A stretch of DNA of 64,000 nt from Lama glama (lineage: Eukaryota). A program made the translations under genes and the position numbers. Below the pieces are notes generated by a model, which had not been told where the DNA came from, ran no database searches, and worked only from the letters and a program-made list of their open reading frames with translations. Shown here one piece after another: positions 25,800-39,108 of this stretch (position 1 is the first letter of the stretch; the number at the start of each line of letters is the position of its first letter). Location: the NCBI GenBank assembly GCA_028534125.1, contig CM052816.1, positions 14,200,001-14,264,000 on the forward strand. Direction: 5' to 3'.

Positions 25800-27150
25800 A
25801 CATGACCTAGACACTTTTGAAGATGGCTGGTCAGATATTTCAGAGTATGTCTTTCAGTGTGGTCCTTATGATTAGATTCTGGTTATGCGTCTCTGGCAGG
25901 AACACACAGAAGTAAGGCTGACTGATTGCCTATCAGGGGCGCATGATTTCAATTTGTCCCATGGCTGGTGATGCTCTATTTGATCATTTGATTAATGTGA
26001 TGTTTGCCAGACTTCACTGTAAAGTTACCCTTTTCCTGTTTGAAGTTAAAAAATCTTGTGGAGAGAATATTTTAAACTATGTAAATATTCATTGATAATT
26101 TATATTAGTATGGAGTAATGGTCTCCTAATTCAATCAGTGGGTTATAATTCATCCCTATCATTATTTATTTTGATGTTCAAATTGTCCCAGATTAGGCCA
26201 GTAGAGGCCCCTTCCAGCTGGCTTCTGTGTCCATTTGACATTTCTCCTTCATTTTTTGAGCACGTGCTTGCTTTCTGCCATAACAAGATGCTCCAGGCTC
26301 TTCTTGTACCTTTCATGCCCTAATCCAGGAATCAGCCGTTTCTCCAAGGAGCCCTAGTTCCTGCTACTGGAAAATACATTTAGAAGCCAAGATCTGAGTG
26401 CTAGGTGTGTTCATTGCTCTTGAGGTGGCACTATGCCTGGGCCCTCAGTGGGGTCAGAGATAGTGGACATCTACATGTATCTGTCACAATCAGTCAGTCA
26501 GTCAATCAATCTACCTACCTACCTACTTATCTATGTACTTAAAGCTATGAGTTCTGATAGATATCTCCAGTCCAAATTCAACATTATAAGGTTCATTTAA
26601 GTTTTATCCCTCTCCCTAATTGTAACTCCCTTCTCTGACAGTGAGAAATCTGGCTCTCATTAGTCCTTATATATCTGCTTATTTGATCCCTCTCCCTGAT
26701 GTCACCAATCTGCCACCCCCAACCTTTCCCCTGGATGCCCTTCTCACCCTATGATTCCTATGCTGGGACAACCCCCACCCACAGGGGTATGTTCCTCACT
26801 CTGCTTGGACTCTGACCCTTCACGTCAGGGCCCTCCTCTACACAGATACCTTCTTCACTCTATCTGGACTCTGAAACCCCATAATAGGACATACCTATGA
26901 TGCAGGTATATGCCTTCCCGTGGGCATCCTCCTTTCCCACCCAGGTCTGTCTTCCCACCTTTCTGCATGAGGCTGCTCTCTGTACCACTTGGACACCTTG
27001 TTCACCTTTCAAGGCCCTGATATGCCTCCTCTTTAGACACCTTATCACCTCTTTGGGTTCTGACTCCTCAAGCCAGGCAGTCTTTCTACATAGACTCCCT
27101 CCTCACCCCATTCAGGCTCTGACCCCCTCCGGCACCACAGCAGCTCTCCC
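25800..27150 (-). mobile_element. Old LINE-1 3' end (L1MC3-like) including its internal ~59-bp repeat region
   Basis: TGATGTTCAAATTGTCCCAGATTAGGCCAGT..GGAATCAGCCGTTTCTCCAAGGAGCCC..TTTAGAAGCCAAGATCTGAGTGCTAGGTGTG. Confidence 0.75.
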
Positions 27151-27504
27151 CAGGTGCACTACGCACCTACCTTGCTTTGTCCCACCTAACAGCTTTAGAA
27201 CCAATCTATTCATGAAAGATGGGAAAACACAAGAAGAAAGGGAAAGGAGGGAAGGGAAGGGAAGGACCCTCTGCCCTCTGCCCCCCTGGCTGCTAGGTGA
27301 AGAACAGACTGTAGGGAGGCGTGAGTGAACGGGAGACAGTGGAGAGGCTTCTGCCAAATCCCAGTGAGATTATGGAGACTCTGAAGCAGTGGGGATGCTG
27401 AGAAATGGTCATCTTCTAGACATATTCTAAAAGCAAAGCCAACAAGATATGCTCATGAAATAACTTGGAAATTCAACCAAGGATCACTTATTGTTCATAT
27501 TGCT

Positions 27505-27960
27505 TAGTCAAGGCTCTCCGGTTGCAAGAAGCAGAAACCCACTCAAACAAGCATAAGCAAAAAAAGATGACTTGATACAGATTCAGGGGGATCTCTCAGA
27601 ACCCAAAGGCAGGAGGAACAGCCAGGCCTCGTGAGGGGCAGGAACCAGGACGTGCAGAGCCACTAGGAGCCAGGGCGGGCACCCTTCCTCTCTCTTTGAC
27701 CCTCTGGCCACACAGTCACTTGTCAATGCTGTTCTCTGCACATCTGCTCCATTCTCCTCTCTTGGCAGACCTCCTCCCTCTGTTCTCCACACAGAAGACA
27801 GCAACAATGATCCATGGCTCTTGTTTTACATGCCCTGTTCAAAGGGCTAGAGGAAACCAACTACTGTCTGAGTCCCAGACCCCGATTCCCAGGGGAAATC
27901 AGCTGAGTGGACCAGCATCTATCAGCAATCTACCTCTTTTAGTCAGGAGAGCAGGGTTAC
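27505..27960 (-). mobile_element. Ancient MaLR LTR fragment (MLT1K/L-like)
   Basis: GGTTGCAAGAAGCAGAAACCCACTCAAACAAGCATAAGCAAAAAAAG start. Confidence 0.55.
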
Positions 27961-29486
27961 ACAGAACGTGCTTGGCTCCTGGACCCATTCTTGATGAGGG
28001 AGGGGGGCCATTTTTATGGACTAGGGGATTAATGGGCAGGTCAGACACACCCGCAGAGTGTCACCTATTCATCTATTAAATGTAAAGGATGGAGTAGCTG
28101 CTGAGAAGTATATAAAAGCAGACAAGACACAACCTTTATCTTCAAGCCAACAATCTCCGAAGAGAACTAAGATATGAAACAGTAAGAAAATGATTCAAGA
28201 CAGCCAGGGTCATGTGGCAGGAGCTCCAAGAAGCACTGGTGGCCTTCAGAAGTGGAACTCCCTCCCCTCCCACAACACTACCAGGCTCTGTCAGCAGCAT
28301 CTCAGTTCCCAAAGCATAGGCTGGTGGGGGACGGGGAGGGGAAGGGGAAATCTTTGGTTATTTTGCAGTGGACATGGCAGGCGCAACAGAAGTCCCATGA
28401 GCTGGGCTGTCCTCTGATTTTGCCGGCACTGGGCCTCTTCAGGGCTCTGGGTCCCCTCACCACTGATTTATGACTTGTGCAGTCAGCAAATTTATACCCT
28501 CTGCGGCTTTGTTTTTACAGCATTGCTTCTCCAAGAGCTGGCTTCATACCTCAGACATATAAATCTGTTAGGGGGTGCTATGTAGCCCAAGAGATCTTTC
28601 CCAGGTGGGCAAGATTTTGTTCTCATCTATAGAGTCTTTCAGAGCCCTTCCAGCCTGACCCCTCCACCCTCACCCCATGCATTCAGGCTGTCTTTATTCC
28701 CTGGAAAAGCCAGCCCAACCTACAGTTCCAGTGCAGCTGAGAGATGGGGCCTAGCTCCTTCCTGAAGCCCTTAAAAGTTCACCGAGCCATCCAACTGCTA
28801 CTGGCCACAAGCTTGGGGAATCAACCCAAATTGCTAATTTTGCTGATACTCGTCCGCTCTAGTTAATTCTATCATCTCTAAGACCTTGGCTAAAGTGGCT
28901 ATGTGACAACAAAACAGGGGTGGAATCTTGTTACAACTAATTCCACTGGTCATTCAAACGTTAGCTGACTAGGATCACAGTTGCAGTCTAAAGCAATAGA
29001 GGACAGAAAAGGAAGGGTCGTGCAAATTCTTGAAATTCCTGTTTATTTCCCCTCATCTCTTCGTTTTGGAGTGTTGCTTTGGTTGGAGGAGAGCTGCAGT
29101 GTTTGATGTAGGGGTGGGTGAGGGGAAGGTTGAAGGATATTTACTTATTGTGACTGAACAGACCCTCTCCCACCTCCAAGCCAAGCAGCTTAACCCCAAC
29201 ACCTTCCTCAGGAGCGACTAGCTTCTGTCAGAGGCAGAAGGAAGCTGGTGCTGGATTGCTGGCCAGAGCAGTAAAGCATTGTGACCCTGGGCTCTGCACT
29301 GACATGGAAACTGTTCTGTCCTGCAGGCTCCCTCTTTGACTCAGGGACCACAGATGCTCAGAAGGAAATACTAAGGTAATATGAGTTCCCTGTTTTCCTC
29401 TACGTGGTTCAGTCCAGGTCAGCACTTTTCAGAGAGGGTTCCATGCAACATGAGTCCCATGAAATGCTCAACAAAAAATAAGTTTG

Positions 29487-30525
29487 ACAAAAAGACAACC
29501 TACTGAATGGGAGAAAATATTTGCAAATGATATGACGGACAAGGGATTAATATGTAAACAGCTCATACAGCTCAATATCAAAAAAACAAACAAACAAAAA
29601 AAAACAATGAAAAAGTGGGCAGACGGACTAAATAGATATTTTTCCAAAGAGGAAATGCAGATGGCCAACAGGCATATGAAAAGATGCTCAACATCACTAA
29701 TTATCAGGGAAACACAAATCAAAATCACAGGGAGAGTTCACCTCACACCTGTCAGAATGGCTATCATTAAAAAGAACACGAACAACAAATGTTGGCAAGG
29801 ATGTAGAGAAAAGGGAACTTTTGTATGCCATTGGTGGGAATGTAAATTGGTGCAGCCACTGTGGAAAACACTATGGAGGTTTCTCAAAAAACTAAAAATA
29901 GAACTACTACATGACCCAGCAATTCCACTCCTGGGTATATATCCAAAAAAAAACCCCAAAAATATTAATTCAGGAAGGTACATACACCCCAACGTTCACA
30001 GCAGCATTATTTACAATTGCCAAGATAAGGAAGCAACCTAAGTGTCCATTCATAGATGAATAAGTAAAGAAGATGCAGTCTATATATACAATGGAATACT
30101 ACTCAGCCATAAAAAAGAATAAAATTTGCCGTTTGCAGCCACATGGATGGACTTGGAGGGCATTATGCTAAAAAAATAAGTCAGGCAGAGAAAGACAAAC
30201 ACTGTATGACATCACTTATACGTGGAATCTAAAAAATAAAACAAACTAGTGAATATAACAAAAAGAAGCTGACTCACAGATATAGAGAACAAACTAGTGG
30301 TTACCAGAGGGGAGAGAGAAGAGGGAAGGGGAAATATAGGGGAGGGGATTAAGAGGTACAAAATATTAGGTATTAAATAAGCTATAAGGATATATTGTAG
30401 AACACGGGGAATACAGCCAACATTTTATAGTAACTATAAATGGAGTATAACCTTTAAAAATTGTACTCACTATATTGTACACCTATAATTTATATAATAT
30501 TGTACAGCAACTATACTTCAATTTT
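29487..30525 (+). mobile_element. 5'-truncated LINE-1 (ORF2 C-terminus plus 3' UTR)
   Basis: ORF 29484..30041 reads [70 protein letters not shown] (L1 ORF2p C-terminal domain); perfect 14-bp TSD AAAAAATAAGTTTG at 29473-29486 and 30526-30539. Confidence 0.95.
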
Positions 30526-32304
30526 AAAAAATAAGTTTGGGCAATACTCATATCTATGATAGTCTCTCCCGGGATTATTACAATGGTGTGTGCGGTGAAA
30601 GGGGTGAGAAGTCCAGTGGTTAAGAAGCCTGGTTCAGTCTGTTTAACCTGTTTCCCAAGCCTCTTTGACCTGGAACACACACCTCCTGCCGTTGCTCCTT
30701 CTTTAATAACAATTAGCTCTAAGGACACATTGCAGGAAGTGGCGTTACCAGCCAACCTGTACAGGTGGGGTTGAATTCAGGAGTCCCCACATCAGGCACC
30801 ATAAAATACTGACGTACTTAGTTCCAGCCTTGAACCCAGGAACATTTTGGTTCTGAAAATATGCTCTCTTCTATGAAGGTGGCCTCTGCATCTCAGAAAA
30901 GATGAATGGAGAAATATTTGAAAAATTAAATTTAAAGAATCTTTTTAAAGCAAATTAAGCCTATTTATCCAAAGTGAAAGTCAAACTTGACAAACCACAA
31001 CATTAAACAAATATGTGGTAAATCTGTGGAAGAAAAAAAAAATCTGAAACTGGAAAAATGATCTCAAATTTGACAATGTCTACCATGACCTTTTCTTAGC
31101 TTAGCTCATTGTGATCTATTCAGTAACTTAAGCTCTTTAAGCTTCAGGTTACCTATCCACCCTACAGCGTGGCTGCGAGGCTGAGAATGGAGCGTACAGA
31201 TGTACTTTCAGGAGACCGCAAGGTTTGAGACGCCAGACGTTAAAAATGACTCTGATGTCTTGGTGTTCTCTGAGGTTCCATGACAGAGAACAAAATCATG
31301 CTAATTGGGGCACTAACCCACCAGTGAGAGATGCAAAAGGAGACTGTCAAAAATGACTTCACAATCCTTGACAAACATCCACTTTAAGGACAATAAAAGG
31401 AAAAAACTGAAGAAGTTAGCAATGACCATTTCTCTGGAGAAAACTGCTGGTGTCCAGCGGCATCTCTTGCTGCTGTGGGCCATTCAGACTTAGCCACGAG
31501 ATGGGAGATGGGAAAACAAACAGAAGGTAGAGGAAGGGAAAGAGAAGCCCACCCCTGCTTGGCCAAAGGATTGTGGGGAGAGGACAGCAAGCAGAAGAAT
31601 CAAGAGGTAGACAAGTAGGTGTGTAGGTCCCAGTTTTCTCTCAGAGAGGAGCTGGGGGCTAGGTCAGGTGAGGGAGACATGGTGAGCAGGGGAGGTTCTT
31701 GCCCTGCCTCTGATGTGGCCTCTGGAAGGGCCACCAATACAGAACAGCAGGCCAAGCAGTATGGCCAGGAGGAGAGGGTCTGGGTACCGTCAGAGCTTCC
31801 CCAGTTCCTGCGCTGGGGCACACACTGAGCAAAGGGACAGAGGCCGAGGGCGAAACTCCTGCCCAGAGGCCAGACGGAGGGCCAGGCAGAAACACACGGG
31901 GATCTACTGAGGGAGAAACAAGTCAGCAAGGATGCCCTCCTGGCTGTTACCTGAGCTGAAGAGGAATGGACTCAGATGTACAGCAGACACCAAGGTGACT
32001 CAGGGACAAGACTGGGCCCAAACAGTCCTCCGTGACAGTAGCCAGCTCACTCCCAAGGCAAACACAAGGACAGAGGGAACCCTCACCCCTGACTGTGAAT
32101 TCTCCCAAGACCCTCCCCACATACCCTCTCAGACCAGGGAGAAAAGGCTAAATGAAACCTCAAGAGACTGTTTAAAAGATTAGACTCCATCACATGCTGC
32201 ACTGGGCTGCACTGGCCTTTTTCTCTGCCACCCAGCAGGTGGGGTAATGTGGGGGCTTCTACCAGTTACAGTCCTAAACAAAGAAACTACACTTTCTCTC
32301 ATTA

Positions 32305-32450
32305 GTTTGTAATATTTTTAAATGGAGCATAATCTACAAAAATATTGAATCATTATGTTGTACACCTGAAACTAATGTAATATTGAAAATCAATATACTT
32401 CCATAAATTTTTAAAAAATAAAATATATTTTACTATCAAAAAGAAAAAAA
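32305..32450 (+). mobile_element. LINE-1 extreme 3' fragment
   Basis: AAATGGAGCATAATCTACAAAAATATTGAATCATTATGTTGTACACCTGAAACTAAT; degenerate flanking repeat AAAGAA(A/T)CTA(C/T)A(C/G)TTTCTCT. Confidence 0.8.
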
Positions 32451-35400
32451 GAATCTATAGTTTCTCTGCACAGCTGAGAGTGGTGTAAACAAAGTTTATG
32501 GCCCTACTGCAAATTAACGGAAGTGTTTTTTATTAAATAATGATGTTACCTCTTCTAGATGGAATACCAGTTGGAATACCAGTTGGGCTCAGCAGTAAGA
32601 ACCTGTCTACCAGGCATCAAAGATTTCTTCTAGAAATAGTTGCTCAGTTAAAAAATATTTCCGTCTCAACAAACTGCCAAAGGATGTGTCGGTGGCATCA
32701 CTGTGCCAAGTGGGCAGGGCTTTTGCACAGGGGCTAAGGTGGGGGAGGGGGAACGCAGGTGGGGGGCGGGGGGATGGGTGTGTGCGTGGCATGGGGATCA
32801 GAAGGACCTGGGGTGTGAAACGCTCGCTGAGGCAAGGGCTGACCGGTCAGATGACTGTGACGCTCAGCTCTACCTCACTGGCCTCTTTTGAAGCCTCGAT
32901 GAGGTAAAGCTTAGCAGCGCTCCGGACAGGGCCTGACCCCTGTGCCCAGCAGTTATTATTTCTGCTCCGCAGTAAGTCAAGATTATCACTTATTACTTCT
33001 ACATCTGTCTGCTGCATTGTAAGGCACAGGACTACGAGGTTCTGTTTGTTTGTTTCTCTTGGTTTTTTAACAAACAGCAGCACTTTTACGTCTAAAATGA
33101 ATGTGGTTCACAGGCATCTCCAAGGGACCGAACCCCGCCAGAAGCTCTGTAATGTCACAGCCGCGCGCCAGCCCCTCCCCCGGGACCCAGCGTAGCAATG
33201 CCAGGAACAGGGCGGGCCGGCCTTCATCACTCTATCCGCAGGGCCCCATTCCTGGGACACAGGAATGGCGACAATAAGGCTTCCCCGGTGGAGTCTTGCC
33301 CTGTTTGCCATGTTTTTTTGCCTCTTCTTTGAGAAAGACCTTCAGGTTCCAAGCTGGCGGCTTTGATACTGCCTCGGTGGTGACGCGTCTTCAACTTTGA
33401 GGATGGGCTTTACTTGTGGAAACTGTGGGGCATTTGGAGCCCAGACGCAGATGAGGCCAGCGGGGGGCTTGCCCAATACTGCTGAGCAAAATCATTTTTG
33501 GTCAGAGCTAGGATGCCATTCAAATGGGGCTGATTGAATGGGGAGCACTGGGAAGAAAGCAGGCAGATGTGTAAAAACCACTGGAGGCACTGAGCATTCA
33601 GCCGTCCACAGGGAGCTGGCTGGACATGAGGCCTGATTTATTTCTCTAGCTCTGTGGTCTCAACTCGGGCAGGGGCTTTGAAGTCACTGCTGTGGAAAAT
33701 TCTAGTTGTTTTATTCTAAAGAACATAAGAACAAGTTGTCATTCAATAATGTGTGCGTGGGATGTTTTTCTCTGAAGAAGAAACAGTGTGTGGACTGTCT
33801 CAGGAAGGATGCAATGGAAATTGGTCCCAGGACTGGCTCTGGGCTGGTGAGCGGGGGACTGGGCCAGAGGGTCCCTGCAATAGACTTCTCCCACAAAGCA
33901 TCTGAAAGTACCTTTTAGGGTTTATCCTATTTGCATGCTATTGCCTGGTAGACAACTAACAGTAACAAAGCAGGAGAAGCAGAAGGATTCCTTTCCTCCA
34001 CAATAAATACTGAACCTGACTTTTCTCTAAAAAACAAAACCAAAAGAGCAAACCATAAAGGGATTAACAGGAGGCTAATAACCCCATTGGGAACTGTTAA
34101 CACATCCTAGGGTTGTGCGCCCAGCCTGGCCAAGAAGGACATTTCATTTCTCCACACTGTTTAGGTTTGTGGTTTAAGAAAATATATAACCTTGACCTAA
34201 ACCTACACAGACAGTTTGCAATAAAGATCATCAGTTTTACACATACTAATCCTGCAGTTGGATTGTCAAAGGGGGTACTCTACCAGCCCCTGCCCTCCCT
34301 CCCTTCTTGACCTTTTTTGGCTACTCCGCCACCCTCCCTTATGCCAAGAGGGGCCAGGGAAGGGGGTTCACATCTGGCCTTGTCCTCCTCTAGTCTGTGA
34401 AGGCAGAAAAACCGACCATAACCAGGGACTAAACGCAGGCTTTGGGATCATTTATAATTATTCTTGGGCTACCTGCAGTTGAAATGAACTGGCTTTACCT
34501 GAGCTGTTGCACCCTCAAATCCCTCCCACGGTGGGTTTTCTATCCTAGATGAATGACCGTGTGATGTGCACCATGGAGGAACCAGGGACAAGGACGTGTG
34601 TCCCGGACACCCCCATGTCCTTTCTTCTGCTTTCAGGAAACAGCTGCCAGGGCTGGTTTGGGGTCCACCCTTTCTCCAGGCTCAAGGTGAGGTTTCAAAA
34701 TACAGGCCTCAGTGGGGAACAGATTGCCCAGCCTGAGTCAATCATTGTGCCAGTTTCCCTGGGCCTCAGAGCCTGCACCAGGGTTGGGAGAATAGCCCTG
34801 GGGGAGCCAGAGTCAATGGACCACAGGGGCCCTGCTGGGGACAGAGCCAGAGACAGGTCTGCTGTCCACTGGACTGAACCTGGAGGATGAGGGTCCCAGG
34901 CCACCGCCCTGGTGCCTCACAAGGAATCTAAGGAGAGGAGAGGAGATCTGAGAGAGTCCAGGGCTGACGAGTGCCATCTTTGAGCACTGACTCCAATCCA
35001 TTCCATCTCTGCCCATATATATCTTAGTATGTAATCCAATAAATACCTTTAAAATTTTTTTCTGCTTAAGCCAGAGTGTGTGTTAGCTTTTCTGTCTCTT
35101 ATAAGCAAAATGGTCCTGTCTGACATGCTAGGGTGCAAAGTCTAGGTGACGAGGCTTGTATTCAAAGTTGGAAAAACAGTGGCACCAACCTTGACCAGTG
35201 AGTATCTTTGAATTAAACCCTGGACTGTTCCATCAAAGGCATCACTGCCTACATCTCCGTATCTTCCTTTTGTGGGAAAGTGGAAATACTAGAGGGAAAA
35301 AGCCTAAAAAGCATGGTAACAGAGGGAATTTAATGGAGGTTTTATTCCTCTGATCTGGCTACCTGTAGCCTACTCGCTCCTCATTACCAAACAGGCTTTT

Positions 35401-35710
35401 TCGGCCCAACGGCTAGGCTCAGAGTTCGGAGCTGGTCTCAAAATTCCAGTGAAGTGCAGAACATTCTTTTATTAGGATTACAGAGCCCTCTGAAAACCAA
35501 TATAGGTAAGTAATAAGCCGAAGATAATACAGGGCTAATAATTTTCTCACTGACCCCATGAAACCCTCTCTCTCAAAGGCAGGCCACAGGCAGCAGAACT
35601 GTTTGATGAGGCCCTGAATGACAGTCCTCATATGCGGTATCTGTCCCCCTCAGCCCCCCAAACCATCACCCAGTTTCCTTGATGGTGCCAGAGGTATATT
35701 TTTACATAAA

Positions 35711-36802
35711 TGTGTAGCCAGTCTCCAAAAATGATCCCAACAATTTCTCCCCTCCTGCACAGGCACAGATGTTGCTTCCACATCAAGAGGTAGAGCTTGT
35801 CCCTGGGTATTTATCCAGAGAAAACTCCAATTCAAAAAGACACATGCACCTCAATGTTCACAGCAGCACTATTTTACAATGGAATAGTAAAATGACATGG
35901 AAGCAACCTAAACGTCCATCAACAGATGACTGGATAAAGAAGTTGTGGTATATTTATACAATGGAATACTAATCTGCCATAAAAAAGAATAAAATAATGC
36001 CATTTGCAGCAACACAGATGGACTTGGAGATCATCATACTAAGTGAAATAAGTCAGACACAGACAAATACCACGTGATGTCACAAATATGTGGCATCTAA
36101 AAAAATGACACAAATGAACTTATTTACAAAACAGAAAGAGACTCACAGACATAGAAAACAAATTTATGGTTACCAAAGGGGAAAGGGGGAGGAAGGGATA
36201 AATTGGGAGTTTGGGATTAGCAGATAGAAAGTATTATATACAGACTAGATAAACAAGGTCCTACTGTATAGCACCAGGGAAATACATTCAATAACCTGTA
36301 ATAAGCTATAATGAAAACAAACATGAAAAAGGATATATATGTATAACTGAATCACTATGCTATACCAGAAACTAACACAACATTGTAAATCAACTACACT
36401 TCAATAAAAATTTAAAAAAGAAAAAAAGAAAAGAAAAAAGAGGTAGAGCTTGTCTCTGTCCCCTTGAATCTGGGCTTGTCTAGCCTGGATTTGATCAACA
36501 GAATAGGACAGAAGTGACCTTCTGGAACCCAGCCCTGGGCTGTGAGAAACTAAAGTCATGTGTGGAGACAGAGGAGAAACAAGGTGTCCCTGGTGACAGC
36601 CCAACTCAGCCCCAGGCCACCAGCCAGCACCAACTGTCAGCCACATGAGTGAGAACACTGTGGACACTCCACCTTCGCCAACACCATGTGAGGCAGAAGA
36701 ACCACTCAGGCAATCCACAGAAACTCTAGGAAATAAAAAGTTGTCGTTTTAAGCCACTAAATTTTAAGGGCATTGTTCCTCAGCAATAGCTAAGAGAAAC
36801 AA
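35711..36802 (+). mobile_element. MaLR LTR (MLT1-type) split by L1
   Basis: TGTGTAGCCAGTCTCCAAAAATGATCCCAACAAT start; AATAAAAAGTTGTCGTTTTAAGCCACTAAATTTT..CAGCAATAGCTAA end. Confidence 0.75.
35802..36437 (+). mobile_element. Young 5'-truncated LINE-1
   Basis: ORF2 end plus 3' UTR and poly(A); perfect 17-bp TSD AAGAGGTAGAGCTTGTC at 35785-35801 and 36438-36454. Confidence 0.95.
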
Positions 36803-37190
36803 TATTCATTGCCATCTTATACGAAATAAAGAAAAATTGGGAACAATTTAAAAGGTTATCAATAGGAGAATGGTTACATAAGCAATGGTCCAGCCATACC
36901 AGGAATGCTGCATAGCCACTGAGAAGATTGAAATCAGTCTGAACGTAGTGACAGGGAAAGACCCCAAGATAGACTGATGAAAAAACCCAATTTTAGAACA
37001 ATATGCCTAGTATAATTTTATGTAAAATATATATTATTTAGGTAAATGCATATACACCAAGCCATTAATAGTACTTATTTCTGGGGAGAAACATGGGTTT
37101 GGAGGTCAAAGAAGGATACGAAAACTCCTACTTTTTGATTTCTGCATTGTTTGTTTGTTTGTTTTGTTTGTTTTTGCAATGAGCATGGGC
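36803..37190 (+). mobile_element. Old LINE-1 3' end (L1ME-like)
   Basis: ATCAATAGGAGAATGGTTACATAAGCAATGG..ATACACCAAGCCATTAATAGTACTTATTTCTGGGG. Confidence 0.6.
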
Positions 37191-37230
37191 TCATGCATTA
37201 GTGTCACCATCTAATAAAAGATGACAAATA

Positions 37231-39108
37231 CACCCAAAGTAATAAAATATCTAGGACTAAATCTAACCAAGGAGGTGAAAGAATTATACACAGAAAACTA
37301 TAAAACACTGATGAAGGAAATTAAAGAAGACTTAAAAAAATGGAAAGATATCCCATGCTCCTGCATTGGAAGAATCAATATTGTTAAAATGGTCATACTG
37401 CCCAAGGCAATCTACAGATTTAATGCAATCTCTATCAAATTACCCAGGACATATTTCACAGAACTAGAACAAATCNNNNNNNNNNNNNNNNNNNNNNNNN
37501 NNNNNNNNNNNNNNNNNNNNNNNNNNNNNNNNNNNNNNNNNNNNNNNNNNNNNNNNNNNNNNNNNNNNNNNNNNNNNNNNNNNNNNNNNNNNNNNNNNNN
37601 NNNNNNNNNNNNNNNNNNNNNNNNNNNNNNNNNNNNNNNNNNNNNNNNNNNNNNNNNNNNNNNNNNNNNNNNNNNNNNNNNNNNNNNNNNNNNNNNNNNN
37701 NNNNNNNNNNNNNNNNNNNNNNNNNNNNNNNNNNNNNNNNNNNNNNNNNNNNNNNNNNNNNNNNNNNNNNNNNNNNNNNNNNNNNNNNNNNNNNNNNNNN
37801 NNNNNNNNNNNNNNNNNNNNNNNNNNNNNNNNNNNNNNNNNNNNNNNNNNNNNNNNNNNNNNNNNNNNNNNNNNNNNNNNNNNNNNNNNNNNNNNNNNNN
37901 NNNNNNNNNNNNNNNNNNNNNNNNNNNNNNNNNNNNNNNNNNNNNNNNNNNNNNNNNNNNNNNNNNNNNNNNNNNGTCTACCCAAGCAATAGAAATAAAA
38001 GCAAGAATTAACAAATGGGACCTAATTAAACTTAAAAGCTTCTGCACAGCAAAGGAAACCATAAGTAAAACAAAACGACAACCTATGGAATGGGAGAAAA
38101 TTTTTGCAAATGAAACCGACAAAGGCTTGATCTCCGGAATATATAAGCAGCTCATATGACTTGATAAGAAAAAAACAAACAACCCAATCCAAAAATGGGC
38201 AGAAGACCTAAACCAGCAATTCTCCAAGGAAGACATACAAATGATCAATAGGCACATGAAAAAATGCTCAATATCCCTAATTATCTGAGAAATGCAAATC
38301 AAAGCTACAATGAGGTATCACCTCACACCAGTCAGAATGGCCATCATTCAAAAGTCCACAAATGACAAATGCTGGAGAGGCTGTGGGGAAAAGGTAACCC
38401 TCCTTCACTGCTGGTAGGAATGCAGTTTGGTGCAGCCACTGTGGAAAACAGTATGGAGATTCCTCAAAAGACTAGGAGTAGACTTACCCTATGATCCAGC
38501 AATCCCACTCCTGAGCATATATCCAGAGGGAACTTCAATTCGAAAAGATACATGCACCCCAATGTTCATAGCAGCACTATATACAATAGCCAAGACACAG
38601 AGACAGCCTAAATGTCCATGAACAAATGACTGGATAAAGAAGCTGTGGTATATTTATACAATGGAATACTATTCAGCCATAAAAACCGACAACTAATGCC
38701 ATTTGCAGCAACATGGATGTTACTGGAGAATGTCATTCTAAGTGAAGTTAAGTCAGAAAGAGAAAGAAAAATACCATATGAGATTGCTCATACGCGGAAT
38801 CGAAAAAAAAACATAAATACAAAACAGAAACAGACTCATAGACATAGAATACAAACTTGTGGTTGTCAGGGAGACGGGGGGTGGGAAGGGACTGGGATTT
38901 CAAAATGTAGAATAGATAAACAAGACTGTACTGTATAGCACAGGGAAATACATACAGGATCTTGTGGTGGCTCACAGCAAAAGAGAATGTGACAATGAAT
39001 GTATGTATGTTCAAGTATAAATGAAAAATTGTGCTCTACACTGGAATTTGACACAACATTGTAAAATGACTATAACTCAATAAAAAAAAAGTAAAAAAAA
39101 AGAAAAAA
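37231..39108 (+). mobile_element. Young 5'-truncated LINE-1 spanning the assembly gap; ORF2 disabled
   Basis: [57 protein letters not shown] is L1 ORF2p; premature stop at about 38157; 3' UTR and poly(A) to about 39108. Confidence 0.95.
37476..37975. other. Assembly gap (500 N)
   Basis: Run of exactly 500 N inside an L1. Confidence 1.

Noticed and set aside
31600..32260. Possible ancient LTR relic
   Set aside because: Only a vague resemblance; I could not assign a family or boundaries without a Dfam search
37221..38302. Long ORFs of 173-312 aa
   Set aside because: Artefacts of translating through 500 N; the real residues are L1 ORF2p and the copy has premature stops
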